Shown piece by piece: positions 26,999 through 42,489 of a stretch of 64,000 nt of DNA (positions are counted from its first letter, which is position 1; each line of letters starts with the position of its first letter). The position numbers and the translations under genes were made by a program. The notes below the pieces were generated by a model. That model saw only the letters and a program-made list of their open reading frames with translations. It was not told the DNA's origin and ran no database searches. The DNA comes from Octopus vulgaris (taxonomy: Eukaryota): positions 62,372,001-62,436,000 of the forward strand of contig OX597832.1 in assembly GCA_951406725.2 (NCBI GenBank). Direction: 5' to 3'.

Positions 26999-28379
26999 GC
27001 GTGTGTGTGTGTGTGTGTGTGTGTGTCTGTGTCTGTGTCTGTGTCTGTGTGTATGTATGTATGTATGTATGTATGTATATGTATATATGCCGATAGATTT
27101 ATTTTAGACATTTCGTTGACTACACGATTGCTATATAATCTATTTTTATCTATGAGTATTATTGTTGCTGTTGTTGTTATTATTATTATTAATTATTACT
27201 ATTATTATCATTATTATTATTGTAGATTCTTCGTATTCTCTTTTAGGTTTTTTTGCGGGTAGCTTGAAAGAATAACGTTCCCAGATTTATATTCGACGTT
27301 AGAAAGCCTTCTCAAATTCAAAGCCAGCTGCGAAAACCTAATATAAAAATACGAGGCAATAAGCACACGGTCCTTTATTTATTGACCACACACACACACA
27401 CACATACACACACACACACAACACACACACACACACATACACACACACATACACACATACATACACACACACATACACACATGCACGCACATATATATAT
27501 ATATACCTGCATGTATATATATATATATATACATAATTGTATTTTTATATTCGTGCATGCTTAAATATGACAGCGGAAAAAGACAAACGGCTTTTTCTCT
27601 GGCATGATCTGTTCTGAGTGAATTAAATTAACACTTTCCTGTTTTTCCTTTTGCCCTTATTTATATTTGTATAATTTTCACCTTAAATCGTACAATAGTC
27701 ATAAAGAGTATGTCGTGTGGTTTTGCGTCGTTAGATCGATATGCTGTTGTAAATCGAACTCCTGGACCAGAGAATCACATTTACCACCATTGTTAATATA
27801 TGTCACTTTATTAGAAGCAATTTATATTGTCATATGTGTGTGTGTCTCCGTGTGTATAAACATATATATGTATATATATTTAGTTATTTATTTATATATA
27901 TTTGTATATATATATATATATATACATATTCATAAATATATATCTATAAAGGTATGTGGGTGTGTTAGTGCGTATATGGATGTATGTGTGTGTGTGTGTG
28001 TTTATTGCTCTACATGTATTTGCTAAAATCCAGTTATAGAATTTACACCATAATACAAATCCTGATTAAAGTAAGAGTCCTTTCGAAGAGAATTATAGCT
28101 TCAATTTTATTTCAGATCATATTTTTATTTTACCTTTCACGAGCCATTGTCTTCTATACATGGAGGAAATAAAGAAATCACCAATTCTTTCTTCTTTTTT
28201 TTTCTTTGAGTGTCGAATATAATATTGAATTATCACGACATTCTGAGGAACTGGACAATTCTCTATCGACTAGATATCGAGGCTTCTACAATCGATTCTT
28301 TAAATCCTCTGGTATTGTGTTATACATCCATACACACACAAATACACAAGCACACAAACACTTAAACACACAGACACAT

Positions 28380-28428
<49 letters not shown>

Positions 28429-28551
28429 AGTACACACACACACACACAAATATATTCATAATTATAATTAATTTGGGGATTGGAGGATTTTTTTATTTGC
28501 ATACGAAAGATTACTGAAATCCTTTCCTGATCGTGACAATTTACAGTGAAA

Positions 28552-28599
<48 letters not shown>

Positions 28600-28615
28600 C
28601 ATATATATGAAATAA

Positions 28616-28650
<35 letters not shown>

Positions 28651-28858
28651 CATATATATGTATGTATATATGTAGGTATGTATATATTTGTACTTGCGTA
28701 TATGTGTAGGTTAGTAGAGCACAGGTTACCAAATGACAATGGTATATAAGAACTACAATTCATTCTTTAACAAAATCGTGAATCAATCAATTCTGTTTAT
28801 TGCACTATACAGAATACACAATATATAATATATGCACTATACACAAACACCCCTTTAA

Positions 28859-28958
<100 letters not shown>

Positions 28959-29061
28959 GTAAGTGTCATGTGCTTCTCCATGTCTATCTCTACAAGACTT
29001 CATATGTGTATATATATTTATATATATATATATATACATGTATGTATGTATTCTGCTACTA

Positions 29062-29462
29062 TTTTACTCTTTGACTTGTTTTAGTCATTTGACTCTGGCC
29101 ATGCTGGGCCACAGCCTTTAGTCGAAAAGTCGGTCCCAGGACTTATTCTTTGTGAGCCTAGTACTTATACTATCGGTCTCTTTTGTTACGGGGACGTAAA
29201 CACACCAGCATCGCTTGTCAAGCGATGTTGGGGGCACATACACAGACACAGACATATACAAACATATACATCCATATATATATATACATATATACGACGG
29301 ACGCGTTTCAGTTTCCGTCTACCAAATCCCGTCTACCAAATCCACTTACTTCGGCCCGAAGCTATAGTAGAAGTACTTGCCCATGGTGCCACGCAGTGAG
29401 GCTGAACCCGGAACCATGTGGTTCGTAAGCACGCTACTTACCACACAGCCACTCCTACGCCT
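29062..29462 (-). mobile_element. SINE family 2, full-length
   Basis: Reverse complement of 33827-34243, including the internal TA/TG microsatellite. Confidence 0.9.
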
Positions 29463-29529
29463 ATGTATACATTTATATACATATCTATATCTATTCATCT
29501 ATCTATCTATCTATCTATCTATATATCTA

Positions 29530-29560
<31 letters not shown>

Positions 29561-29822
29561 TTCTCTCTCTCTCTCTATCTTTCTCTCTCTATCTATCTAT
29601 CTATGACGAAATTAACCTCTCTGTCAATATATCTACCGTCTTTATAATGTTGGCAAATGAAATAAGTATAAAAATGTACATTGTCTATTTAATTTAAAAA
29701 TTCTATATATGGCTGAAGATTGCTCTACATTTTAGAACTGATGTAATACATTGTTTAATAAAATGAAGTAGCATGAAACGATTGTACTACACTGCCATGG
29801 ATATCCTTGTTGCTTATTTTGA

Positions 29823-29895
<73 letters not shown>

Positions 29896-30059
29896 AATAA
29901 ATATATATATATATATATATATGTGTGTATATGTGTGTGTGTGTATACATACATATATATATATTTATATATATATTATATATACGTATGTGTATATATA
30001 TATATATGTGTGTGTATACATACATATATATATATATTTATATATATATCATATATACG

Positions 30060-30131
<72 letters not shown>

Positions 30132-30140
30132 CATATATAT

Positions 30141-31827
<1,687 letters not shown>

Positions 31828-31879
31828 AATAAGATAGGTACTATTTAAGAAGAGTGGTCCCGGTGCGCGCAGGCTGTCG

Positions 31880-32375
31880 TCTTCTTCCTCTTCTTCCAAT
31901 CAGGACTCACGCCATTAGCCACAAAGAATAATCTCTAATTCGTGCCTACTCTTAGTTACTAAGAATGCGTGTGGTAACTTGAAGATCCACCCACCACACG
32001 CGATAGACTGGCGGTTGCACGGGCGCGAAAGCTACCTTGTTATCCTCATTCCGTAAACGGTGGCTTTTAACGGCTGAAGAGCTGAACCATCTTGGGTTAC
32101 AGAAAATTCGCAATTTAGTCTAGGTTCTGAAAGTTTACCACACCATAGTGAGTTACATCATGGTTCCTCTGCTTTGTAGCAGAAGTAGGAAGAAAGAGGG
32201 AGAGAAAGCTGTGGTGAAAGAGTGCAGCGACGTTCACCCCACCCCACCGCCGGAGTCTCGTGAAGCTTAGGTCTTTTTACTCAATAAACACTCACAATGA
32301 CCGGTCTGGGAATCGAAACCGCGTTCTTACGATCGCGAGTCCGCTGCCCTAGCCACTGAGCCATTGCGCCTCCAC
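31880..32375 (-). mobile_element. tRNA-derived SINE, family 4 (left boundary approximate)
   Basis: Minus head GTGGAGGCGCAATGGCTCAGTGGCTAGGGCAGCGG...GGTTTCGATTCCC contains A and B boxes. Confidence 0.7.
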
Positions 32376-33149
32376 GGCTGTTGTTGGGATAGTGAATGCT
32401 GGCTTCCCACGGTAATGTTGGGTGGATTTAGATCAGATAGCGATATCAGTGAGGATGTTGTTTGTTGAAGTGACCCCTGACTTGTTGGCATTGGATCAGT
32501 TGGTGCACTATATCCATTGAGAAGTATGGCTTCTAGCTTTGCCATGTGCGCGTGTAAATTATGAAATGATCTTGTGATTTCCTTTATTTTGTTTTCGATG
32601 TTTTACAGATCTGTACGTCAGTTATTGATGACTTGATGTATAATAGTGAATGCACCGTTGAAAAGTTTCTGCCGATATGTTCGGAAATGCATGGTTATAT
32701 GTGGGTGTGTGTTGGAGAGTTCAGTGTATCTAGTACAAATCAGAATGAGCGGTGCGTTTAATACAAATCAAGAGAAAATAATTGTACTCACGGGACTAGT
32801 TTTAGAACTAGTCTTGGGTTTAGTTTTAGATTATATCTGTTTCTCCAGGTTGTATATAAAAAATTGTGTAAATTTATACACCGATGATAGTAAAATAGTA
32901 GAATAGTATAATTCAAGGGTTCTGGGACTAAAAACAAGGTAAGTTACTGCTGGCTTGAGTTGAAATTTGTTTCTTTTTCTACTGACTGGCCGGAGCTATG
33001 TCTTGTCACAACGTAATATGTCTGTGCGTATGTATATGTGTATGTACATATATATGTATATACATATGAATGTATATATATGTACATATATATATGTGTG
33101 TGTATGTATATAGATATATATATATATAGAGAGAGAGATAGATAGATAA

Positions 33150-33226
<77 letters not shown>

Positions 33227-33826
33227 GTCTTATAAATTTGCATTCATGCATTCATATACGCTATACACATAACAAGCATTGTAGAAACACACCTGACATG
33301 CAAACATATTACAGTACACCAGTTTCATAAAAATGTTTAAAGCCATTTGCAAAAGAAATTTAAAGCAGAAATTACTCATATTTCTCTAGAAACACAGCAT
33401 GATTATTGAAACAAAATGTCCTTTCTACTGGTCCAAATTTCATAAATGTATATTGCTACATCCTGTTGCAATACGCTTTAAAGGTGCATATGTTTTAAAC
33501 ATATGCATTTATTGCGCTATCACCGATCTTCTTTGATTCTATGCTCTGTAGGTGCAATTTTAATTATTTAATAACTACGAAATTAAGGCCATTATGAAAA
33601 TTAAGTTATAGGTTTGTAAGAGGAATAAAATATTATTGCAGCTGTAAAAGGTAGTCACGATGTAATTGGTAAGTGCAAACTTGGTGATGCATGGAGGAAT
33701 ACGAGGGGTTCTAACAAACTAATAATCACCACGTTCCTATGGATACAATAATCTGGTTTTTCTGACTGATTCGGTTACAGTACAAAGAGGGCAAACCGCT
33801 GGATATTTCATTTTAATTTATTCCAC

Positions 33827-34243
33827 AGGCGCAGGAGTGGCTGTGTGGTAAGTAGCTTGCTAACCAACCACATGGTTCCGGGTTCAGTCCCAGTGCGTGG
33901 CATCTTGGGAAAGTGTCTTCTGCTATAGCCCCGGACCGACCAATGCCTTGTGAGTGGATTTGGTAGACAGAAACTGAAAGAAGCCTGTCGTATATATGTA
34001 TATATATATATAAGTGTGTGTGTATATGCTTGTGTGTCTGTGTTTGACCCCCCTAGCATTGCTTGACAACCGATGCTGGTGTGTTTACGTCCCCGTCACT
34101 TAGCGGTTCGGCAAAAGAGACCGATAGAATAAGTACTGAGCTTACAAAGAATAAGTCCCGGGGTCGATTTGCTCGACTAAAGGCGGTGCTCCAGCATGGC
34201 CGCAGTCAAATGACTGAAACAAGTAAAAGAGTAAAAGAGTAAG
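33827..34243 (+). mobile_element. tRNA-derived SINE, family 2, full-length
   Basis: Head AGGAGTGGCTGTGTGGTAAG...GGGTTCAGTCCC, internal microsatellite, tail GGCGGTGCTCCAGCATGGCCGCAGTCAAATGACTGAAAC and (AGTAAAAG)n. Confidence 0.92.
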
Positions 34244-34254
34244 ACAGTATAGGT

Positions 34255-34445
34255 CAGGCGACAAGCTGGTACAATCGTTAGCACTCAAATCGAAGTGCTC
34301 AGCGGTTTCGTCCATCTTTACCTTCTGAGTTCAAATTCCGGCGAGATCGACTTTCGGATCGTTAAGTACCAGTTGCGTACTGAAGTCAATGTAATCGACT
34401 TAGGCCCAAAATGCGAAATTACTAGCCTTGTTCCAAACTTTAACA
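34255..34445 (+). mobile_element. SINE family 1, degenerate
   Basis: AGGCGACAAGCTGGTACAATCGTTAGCA...GAGTTCAAATTCC. Confidence 0.7.
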
Positions 34446-34484
34446 TAAATACATTTTACATATGTACACACACAAGCACATAAA

Positions 34485-34546
<62 letters not shown>

Positions 34547-34714
34547 AAAATATTTTATGTTGTTAGATGATTTAGCCTCTGTTTGTACCGCAGCGACAAA
34601 GAAATTTTTTCCTTTTGCCCTTATTTATATTTGTATAATTTTTACCTTAAAATGTATTTTTCATATGCTGCACACGGATAAAATATTTTAATAAGATTTT
34701 TCCATAGATTAGAA

Positions 34715-34761
<47 letters not shown>

Positions 34762-35271
34762 TGTGTATGTGTGTGTGTGTACAGAGAGAGAGAGAGGAGA
34801 CAGAGTTCTGTAATAGCATAAGATACAATTATAAATAAGGAAACACCGCAGACCATGCCTATACGCTGAAAATAGACGCTAAATCGTCCAATCATTCTAA
34901 ACCATCCTTTTATACACATAAGATGAAAGCGAGGAAGCAGACTGACAGAAATTCGTAAAATAATTCAGATAGGTTCGAATTAATCCATTTCTGGATTGGT
35001 TTGATGACTCTTCCTTCATCCGCAAAGTATACTGAGCGAAAAAAATGAGAGTATGATACATACCCACAAAAAAGCAAACGCAAAGCTGCGATTACAAACA
35101 AATACCACAAATATATATGCATCAAATTCCGTAGTGCACCTCAATAACAATTGTGTTTATGCTATTATAAATCTCTATATATGAATTTACCTAAATAGGT
35201 CTATTTTATATGCAGGACACTGATAAAACTTTTACCGATTTTATCCTTTATTATATTTGAATTTATATATT

Positions 35272-35335
<64 letters not shown>

Positions 35336-35641
35336 GTGTATATATTTATATATATATTAATAATATGACAACAAAAGAATGAACGAGACCTCGATATCAT
35401 GTAAAATAGAGGAATTTATCTATAAATTTAGACGCCGCTGCGTGTCTAAATTCAAGAACTGAACTCTTTGCCATGTTCACATATGGCAAAACATTTGCTA
35501 CGTTTTTGCCCCCCCCCCCTAAAGATAACACGTAGAACCTGCTTTTTATATTATCTCCACGTACAAGCCTCTCATATGCTTTAAAATCTTTTATCGATTT
35601 ATATATATTCTATTACTTAAAAAAAAGAAAGTTTTGTCTTA

Positions 35642-35700
35642 ATAACTGATGAGATGCCGGAGCAGACTTCAGCCCCGGTATCTGAAACTCTGAGTTTTAT
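35642..35700 (+). ncRNA. Type I hammerhead ribozyme motif
   Basis: ataa-CTGATGA-gatgccgg(14-nt loop)ccggtatc-t-GAAA-ctc(t)gag-TT-ttat. All three stems can form. Confidence 0.7.
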
Positions 35701-35726
35701 AATGACAACCAATTAATTTTCACATA

Positions 35727-35790
<64 letters not shown>

Positions 35791-35793
<3 letters not shown>

Positions 35794-36409
35794 CAATAAA
35801 GGGTAAAATTAATTAATTAGTAATTAATAATTTCACCATTAACAGTAAAATTAATTAGTAATTAATAATTCAAACATTATCGGTAAATTTAAACAATATC
35901 TTTTTATAATTATGAGTATAATTATAATGAGGGTTCAGCAAAAGATTTACTTAACCACATACCGAACTTTAGAAATAGCAGCTCAAAATCTTAGCTATTT
36001 CTTCTACTATAAGAAGCAACTGCCAGACAAACATATCCTCAAAACCAGCTACGTAGGCATAGAGATAAAACAACGAAAATTCACTCAGTATTTGATTGCC
36101 TGTGGACGCGTTTCTGAGTTAGATAGATACGAAAATACAAAATTCAAATTTTCATCCCATCATTATCTTCATCAGCACAAGAATTCAAGCTTTTGAATTT
36201 GAGAGAACTGAAAAAATTAAACATACCTATCTGATTTAAGTAATATCAGACAAACTATATCCAATGACCAGTGCCAACGAATTCAAAATATACATGAACT
36301 GGTCCATAGGTTTTGTTTCATGTTCATTTACATGTAGCCATGCATAGAGTTACATGTCTAGACGTGTGTATATGTACTTTTATGTTTAACTTTTGGGAAA
36401 TTTTATGTA

Positions 36410-36410
<1 letters not shown>
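35791..36410 (-). mobile_element. AT-rich HHR-bearing non-coding repeat (retrozyme/PLE-like family)
   Basis: Family motifs ACCACATACCGAA.TTTAGAAATAGC and AGGGTAAAATTAATTAATT, with an HHR at 36101-36179. Flanked by (TA)n. Confidence 0.7.
36101..36179 (-). ncRNA. Type I hammerhead ribozyme motif with long loop 2
   Basis: tgtg-CTGATGA-...-GAAA-cgcg-TC-caca, with palindromic stem III ACGCGT and a GUC cleavage triplet. Stem II is weak. Confidence 0.65.
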
Positions 36411-36456
<46 letters not shown>

Positions 36457-37074
36457 TATACTTTCAGAGGAGATACACACACACACACGCACACATGTAT
36501 ATATATATATATATGTAATTAATATATGCTTTCATAGGAATTGAATCGTTGCTCTTTGACGACCGAATTCGTCAGCATCAATAAAATAAGTTCTGTATAA
36601 CACAAAAATATTGTTGCCTGCTGATGATATAATCCAGCAAAACAACCCATTTAAGAGGTTGCTGCAAGAGGATCACACTCCAGTGACTGTTACAGTAAAC
36701 TGACAGAGAAAAATTTTTACACTATGTCTAATGTTGTCATTCCGCCTTACCATTTTTTTTTTGTCTCTTTTAATTTTTTTTTTTAATTTCGTTTAATCAT
36801 GATGACAGAAAGAAAAATGGACGCTTGTTTCCGTTTGACCTCGCAATAAAACTCACCTCTTTTGTTTTCCTCTATTGAAGAATTTCTTCCAAGTAAAATA
36901 AAAAAAAAGAAGAATTTAAAAAACAGCGTATTCGTTCGAAACGGTGACAAATGTTTCATTTGCCTCGATAGGGATGAATTCAGGAACCATTCAAAGAACG
37001 GAACGGCGTTCGTCTTCTGTGATTTATTACATCAAATGAGCCTTGCTTACATATTCAGCAGGCAGAAATATCTT

Positions 37075-37267
37075 GTCATCAACAGCACCGTCGTTGTCAT
37101 CGTCATCGCCATCACAACAGCACCGTCGTTGTCATCGTCATCGCCATCACAATCATCATCCTCATCAACATCAACATAACTATCATCGTCACCATCACTC
37201 ACGACGATTGACACCGTTATAATTATTATTATTGCTGTTATTATTATTATCATTATTATTATTATTA

Positions 37268-37325
<58 letters not shown>

Positions 37326-37699
37326 CATTATTATTATTATTATTATTTTATCATAATCGTCGTCGTAGTCGTCATCATCGTAAGCACCAACATGGAAACC
37401 ACCATATTAACTACGATATTCATCGATATAATTCATGATCATGCTCATCGACCTTATCAGCAACATCACCATCGTTGTTGATGCTGTTGTCGTTGTTGTT
37501 GATCTTCTTCTTCTTCTTCTTCGTCTTCTTCTTCTTCTTCTTCTTCTTCTTCTTGTCCTTCTTCTTCTTCACCTTCCCCTTCTTCTTCTCCTTCTTCTTC
37601 TTATTCTTCTTCTACTTCTTCTTCTTCTTCTTCTTCATCATCATCATCATCATCCTCATTATTATTATTATTATTGTTATTATTATTATTATCATTATT

Positions 37700-37730
<31 letters not shown>

Positions 37731-38040
37731 TTATTAATATTATCAATTTCTGTCGTCATCATTTTTCACGTGTGCCATCGTCATTCAGAACTTCGCCATG
37801 ATTCCACATTTTTCCTCCCCTTCCTCCTCATTCTCACAATCTTCCTCTTCATCACCACAGTCATCATCATCGTCAGCAACAACAGTAGAAGCAGCAGCCA
37901 CCATCATAATCATCATTCCTCACTCATCGTCACCACCATCATCGTTGTCGTCATCATCATCATCGTCGTCATCGTCATCATCATCAATAACAGCATCATC
38001 ATCATCATTATCATCAATCACCATCATCAATAATACCATC
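37075..38040. repeat. Triplet microsatellite field (CAT, ATT, CTT) with a 35-bp tandem pair at about 37082-37152
   Basis: Directly visible. Confidence 0.95.
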
Positions 38041-38218
38041 GTGACTAATTTTTTTAAACATTTCGATTACTGTCGCCGGCACTAGCATGTATTGTCGCCA
38101 TGAGATCGATGACATATCTGATGCAGATCAATACAGAATAACAACAACAACAAAAATTATAAAATAATAACGAAGACAGTAACAAAACAGACCCGAAAAC
38201 AAATAGAATGTGACATAC

Positions 38219-38273
38219 CATTGTAAGCCTCGGTGAACACTTGATAGAAGTGCTTCTCTGAAGTAGAAGACAT
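38219..38273 (-). CDS. Candidate first coding exon of a class I bHLH E-protein (daughterless/TCF4/TCF12-like)
   Basis: ATG TCT...AAT G|GTATGT encodes MSSTSEKHFYQVFTEAYN, similar to the recalled Drosophila Daughterless N-terminus [21 protein letters not shown]. Lies in a non-repetitive island. Confidence 0.55.
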
Positions 38274-38399
38274 GCGCTTGAACGAAGAATAAGTTTTCTT
38301 TGAGTCTGTTGGACAATATTCCTTTGGCTGTTTCAAAATATCAAAAAGCGAAACCAAACTAGTCGAGAAACAGTCAACACTTATCGAACTCATGACTCC

Positions 38400-38460
38400 A
38401 CACAAAATGGCAGCCAGCAAGACTATATTTGTTATTTCCGCTGCTTCGTGTAACCTCAGT
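38400..38460 (-). promoter_or_regulatory. Candidate TSS-proximal region with YY1-like site
   Basis: Minus strand GCTGCCATTTTG (plus AAAATGGC at 38404-38411), about 130 bp upstream of the candidate ATG. Confidence 0.35.
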
Positions 38461-38735
38461 TTTCTTTTAATTTATTTTGTTAAGTTATTTTATTATTTAT
38501 TTCAAATCAATAATTTTCCATACCTTTTACATTTAGCATGTTTCTGACATTGGGCTGCGGCCTGGCTGGGGCATCTCCTTCGGAGGATTTGTTGAACTCA
38601 CCGACCTTGTATTTATCTATAGTTTTATAAGTCTAGCACTTATTCTATAGGTCTGGCTGACCACATCGAATGATACGGAACACACAGGAGAGTGTAAGAT
38701 GAATAATTAAACTGTACATCATTCAATAGGTAAAT

Positions 38736-38827
<92 letters not shown>

Positions 38828-38829
<2 letters not shown>

Positions 38830-39040
38830 CTTCAGACAAAACACATGCCTCTTCATTGGTATGACTGTCCCAATTGATATAAACGTATCTGTCAAGACCT
38901 ACCAAAAACTGAGGAAATATAAAGATCTTGAAATAGAAATCGGCAAAATGTGGAACCTGAAGACTAAAACAGTACCTGTCGTCATAGGTGCCCTGGGAAT
39001 GATAGCAAAAGGGGCTGATTGCTACCTAACTCAGGTTCCA
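38828..39040 (+). mobile_element. Dong/R4-like LINE fragment (restriction-like endonuclease domain)
   Basis: CLFIGMTVPIDINVSVKTYQKLRKYKDLEIEIGKMWNLKTKTVPVVIGALG. Starts at the end of a (TAA)n tract. Confidence 0.8.
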
Positions 39041-40111
39041 TGAAAGAGAGCAAAAAATTCACTACTGATCTCTTAGATACCTACCAGATTGATCAGGCTG
39101 AAGGAAATGCGCCAACTGCTGCTGCGCAGAAAATAAAATTGATTGCATAGACAAAAGCGCATGAAAAATTATCAAGCAGATGGGAACAGAATCCTCTGCA
39201 TGACAAGTATGTGGCCCGTAACAAGCAAGCTGATGTCGACCAGAAACACACGCACTAATGGTTACGAAGCTCAGGGCTAAAAGCGAAGAGTGAAGGTTTC
39301 ATATTAGCTGCTCAAGACCAATGTTTATTAACCCTGAACTACCAAGCCAATGTGATAAAAAATGGAGCTGACCCAAAATGCCGATTCTGTAACGATGAGA
39401 TTGAAACAATAGACCACCTAATCTCAGGGTGTAGAGTCTTAGCACCTGTAGAATATAAAGCAAGATACGACAGAGTCGGCCAGTATTTACACTGGACAAT
39501 ATGTCGGCATTATAAAATCAAAACCGCTGGCAAATGGTATAAACACTATCCTGAAGCTGTGACTGAAGGAGAAAATGTGTCGATTCTATGGGACTTTCCC
39601 GTACATACCGACAAAACTATAAAAGCTAATAAACCGGATATTATCATAAAAGATCAGACAAAAGGGATGTGTTTATTAATTGACATGAGTATTCCTTGCG
39701 ATCACAATATAGCGGCGAAAGAATTTGACAAGATTAGTAAATATAAAGACTTGCTAATAGAAATTGAAAAAATGTGGCATCTCAAGGCGACTACAGTACC
39801 AGTGATTGTAGGATCTCTAGGAATAATAAAAAAAGGTACTGAAACCTATTTGAAAATTATACCAGGCTTACCATCCCTATAGGAAGTGCAAAAAATCGTG
39901 TTAACTGGAACGGTTCATGTACTGAGAAGAGCATTATCGCTGTGAAAACAACATATACTCATGAATTTATTTATTCATAAATTTTTTAAATACATATTTT
40001 ACCTATGAATTTGCGTGTGTAATCTGGGAAAGTATACAATGGGCTTCTCTGCCCTAGGTGTACGGAAAACACTCGGCGAGAAACGGAAGAAAATTTGAAG
40101 AAAGAAGGAAA
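39041..40111 (+). mobile_element. Dong/R4-like LINE 3' portion (CCHC finger plus RLE domain plus 3' UTR)
   Basis: CRFC..EIETIDHLISGC, RYD.V..YLHW, ILWDFPVHTD..IKANKPDIII.D, LIDMSIP, KYKDL and VPVIVGSLG. The 3' end joins (TAA)n. Confidence 0.9.
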
Positions 40112-40124
40112 AATAATAATAATG

Positions 40125-40188
<64 letters not shown>

Positions 40189-40196
40189 TGATGATG

Positions 40197-40282
<86 letters not shown>

Positions 40283-40283
<1 letters not shown>

Positions 40284-40520
40284 GTGCATTAGGCATGATA
40301 AAAAAAATATTCAGACAAATACATAACAAAAACACGAGGACTTACAAACACATATAACATACAGAAAATTGCACTACTAGGCACTGCACACATCCTACGC
40401 AGAACACTTTCCATACAATAACCATCAGAGCATCACAACAAATCACAGCACATACCCAAGGCACACAGAGCTGCGCTCGGTAGTGAAGTGAAAGCACGCT
40501 ATAAAAATAAAACTACTGAA
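40283..40520 (+). mobile_element. Third Dong/R4-like extreme 3' fragment
   Basis: ALGMIKK...NIQKIALLGTAHILRRTLS* plus 3' UTR, with (TAA)n on both sides. Confidence 0.8.
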
Positions 40521-40539
40521 TAATAATAATAATAATAAC

Positions 40540-40695
40540 ATCCAAAAGTATCTCAGGAATGAGAATCCAGGTTTGAAATTTCCCCAAGACACCTAACGAC
40601 GGCCGAAACGTTGTGTTAACAAGAAACAAGATGAGGTGAAATATCCGTCAAATGTAAATAATGTAAATAATTCCTCATCTCCAAATATAGAACTG
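40540..40695 (+). mobile_element. Short repeat with damaged HHR motif
   Basis: acac-CTAACGA-cggcc-GAAA-cgtt-gtgt at 40589-40616. Stem II is largely deleted. Confidence 0.4.
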
Positions 40696-41236
40696 TCTTG
40701 TCGAAGGTGACATGCAGTGGATCCGAATTCGAAACAATATGGTTTGCAAGCAAGCTTACTAACACACAACCATTCTACCTATGTTTTGTCTATAATTATC
40801 ACTGCACACTATAAATATATTTTTCCTCTCTCTTGTAACATTTAGACATAAATATTTTTGGTCTGTTGTTGGAAAATCCTACTTTCTATCCGTTCGATCT
40901 TAAATTAGAAGACAGTTTAATCCAAGTTTAATATCTCCATGCCATAAATATAGAATTAAATGCCAGGGTATTATTGCCAATATAATTCATTTTTTGTTCA
41001 TTTTTACCATTTTTTCTCCTCTCGTCTTCAACATATTCTTGAATTATTCATAAACATTAATCTCCTACTTTTTAAAACTTGATGATATTCACACAAACAC
41101 AAGCCACTATATATAGAATTTCCTTCTTTTAGAAATTTTAGTCATTGAACTACGGCCATGCTGAGGCACTGTTTCCACGTTATAAAGGCTTCTGTCCGTG
41201 AAATACTGGATGAATATGTATGACATAAATACATAC

Positions 41237-41313
<77 letters not shown>

Positions 41314-41592
41314 ATAACGACGACATTTGAATTTATTCCTTTTCATTCACCTTTAAAATTTGAAGAACGTTTTTTACCTGTATATGATTGTGTTGTACTG
41401 CATTTCCTTCATCGCTTTTGTATAGGCCACTGATACAGACACACATATATACACATATATGTGGTCACGTGATATATAGTCATTGGACTACTGTCATACT
41501 GGGGCACAGTCTCAGTTTGTAGTTCACCCAACGAGAAAAATTATCACTTAATAGCACATGATTTAAATATAGCGTAATAGAAGTTTGTGAGC

Positions 41593-41661
<69 letters not shown>

Positions 41662-41959
41662 CATGAATATATATATTGCAGGATAGTACGCCGCGCTCTA
41701 TACAAGCTTATGATACCTCATATTTAAATCCTGTGCCATTAAATAATATTCATCTCACGTTCGAGGGACTACATTTTTGTTGATACCGCCAATAACGGAC
41801 CAGTACATGTGTGTGTATGTGTGTGTGTGTGCGTGCGTGTGCATGTGTGTGAGTATGCACACATTTGTATGTATCTACGCGTTATACAAATGAGATGTGA
41901 TACAGTTCATTTATATACAAGTCAAAAAAGGGTCTTCAAATTTTACAGGGAAATGAATT

Positions 41960-42358
41960 AAAATAAAACAAAATAAAAGTTATTCATTATCGCGTTTATG
42001 ATTTTTTTCGCCCGGTGTTTGAGACCGCGCCTGTCCAACCACTCCTCTACCTGTAAATACAAACGTAAGTGGAACCCTACGGGACTCCGTAGACTAATCT
42101 CGACCGTTGTACTACACTTTGATTTTTTTCCTCCGTCTTCCCTTCCATGCATCGTTCCTTGTCCTATGTTTCTGACGAAAAGCTCCGCTCGAAACGTTAA
42201 ATCCTCCTTCTTCCTTTCCTTTCTTGAGCGTCCAATAACACTATACTTGTTCCATGTCCTCGCATTGTTGTGTTTTCATGTTTGGATTAACTTTATATAT
42301 ATATATAAAGTTAATCCAAACACGAAAACACAACAACGTGAGGACATGGAACAAGTAT
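41960..42358 (+). mobile_element. PLE pseudo-LTR-like repeat with HHR motif and terminal foldback
   Basis: ttt-CTGACGA-a-aagc(tcc)gctc-GAAA-cgtt-aaa at about 42169-42201. 42243-42358 is a near-perfect palindrome centred on (TA)n. Confidence 0.65.
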
Positions 42359-42378
42359 GTATATATATATGTATATAT

Positions 42379-42447
<69 letters not shown>

Positions 42448-42489
42448 TATATATATGCATATATATATATACATACATATGTGCATATG

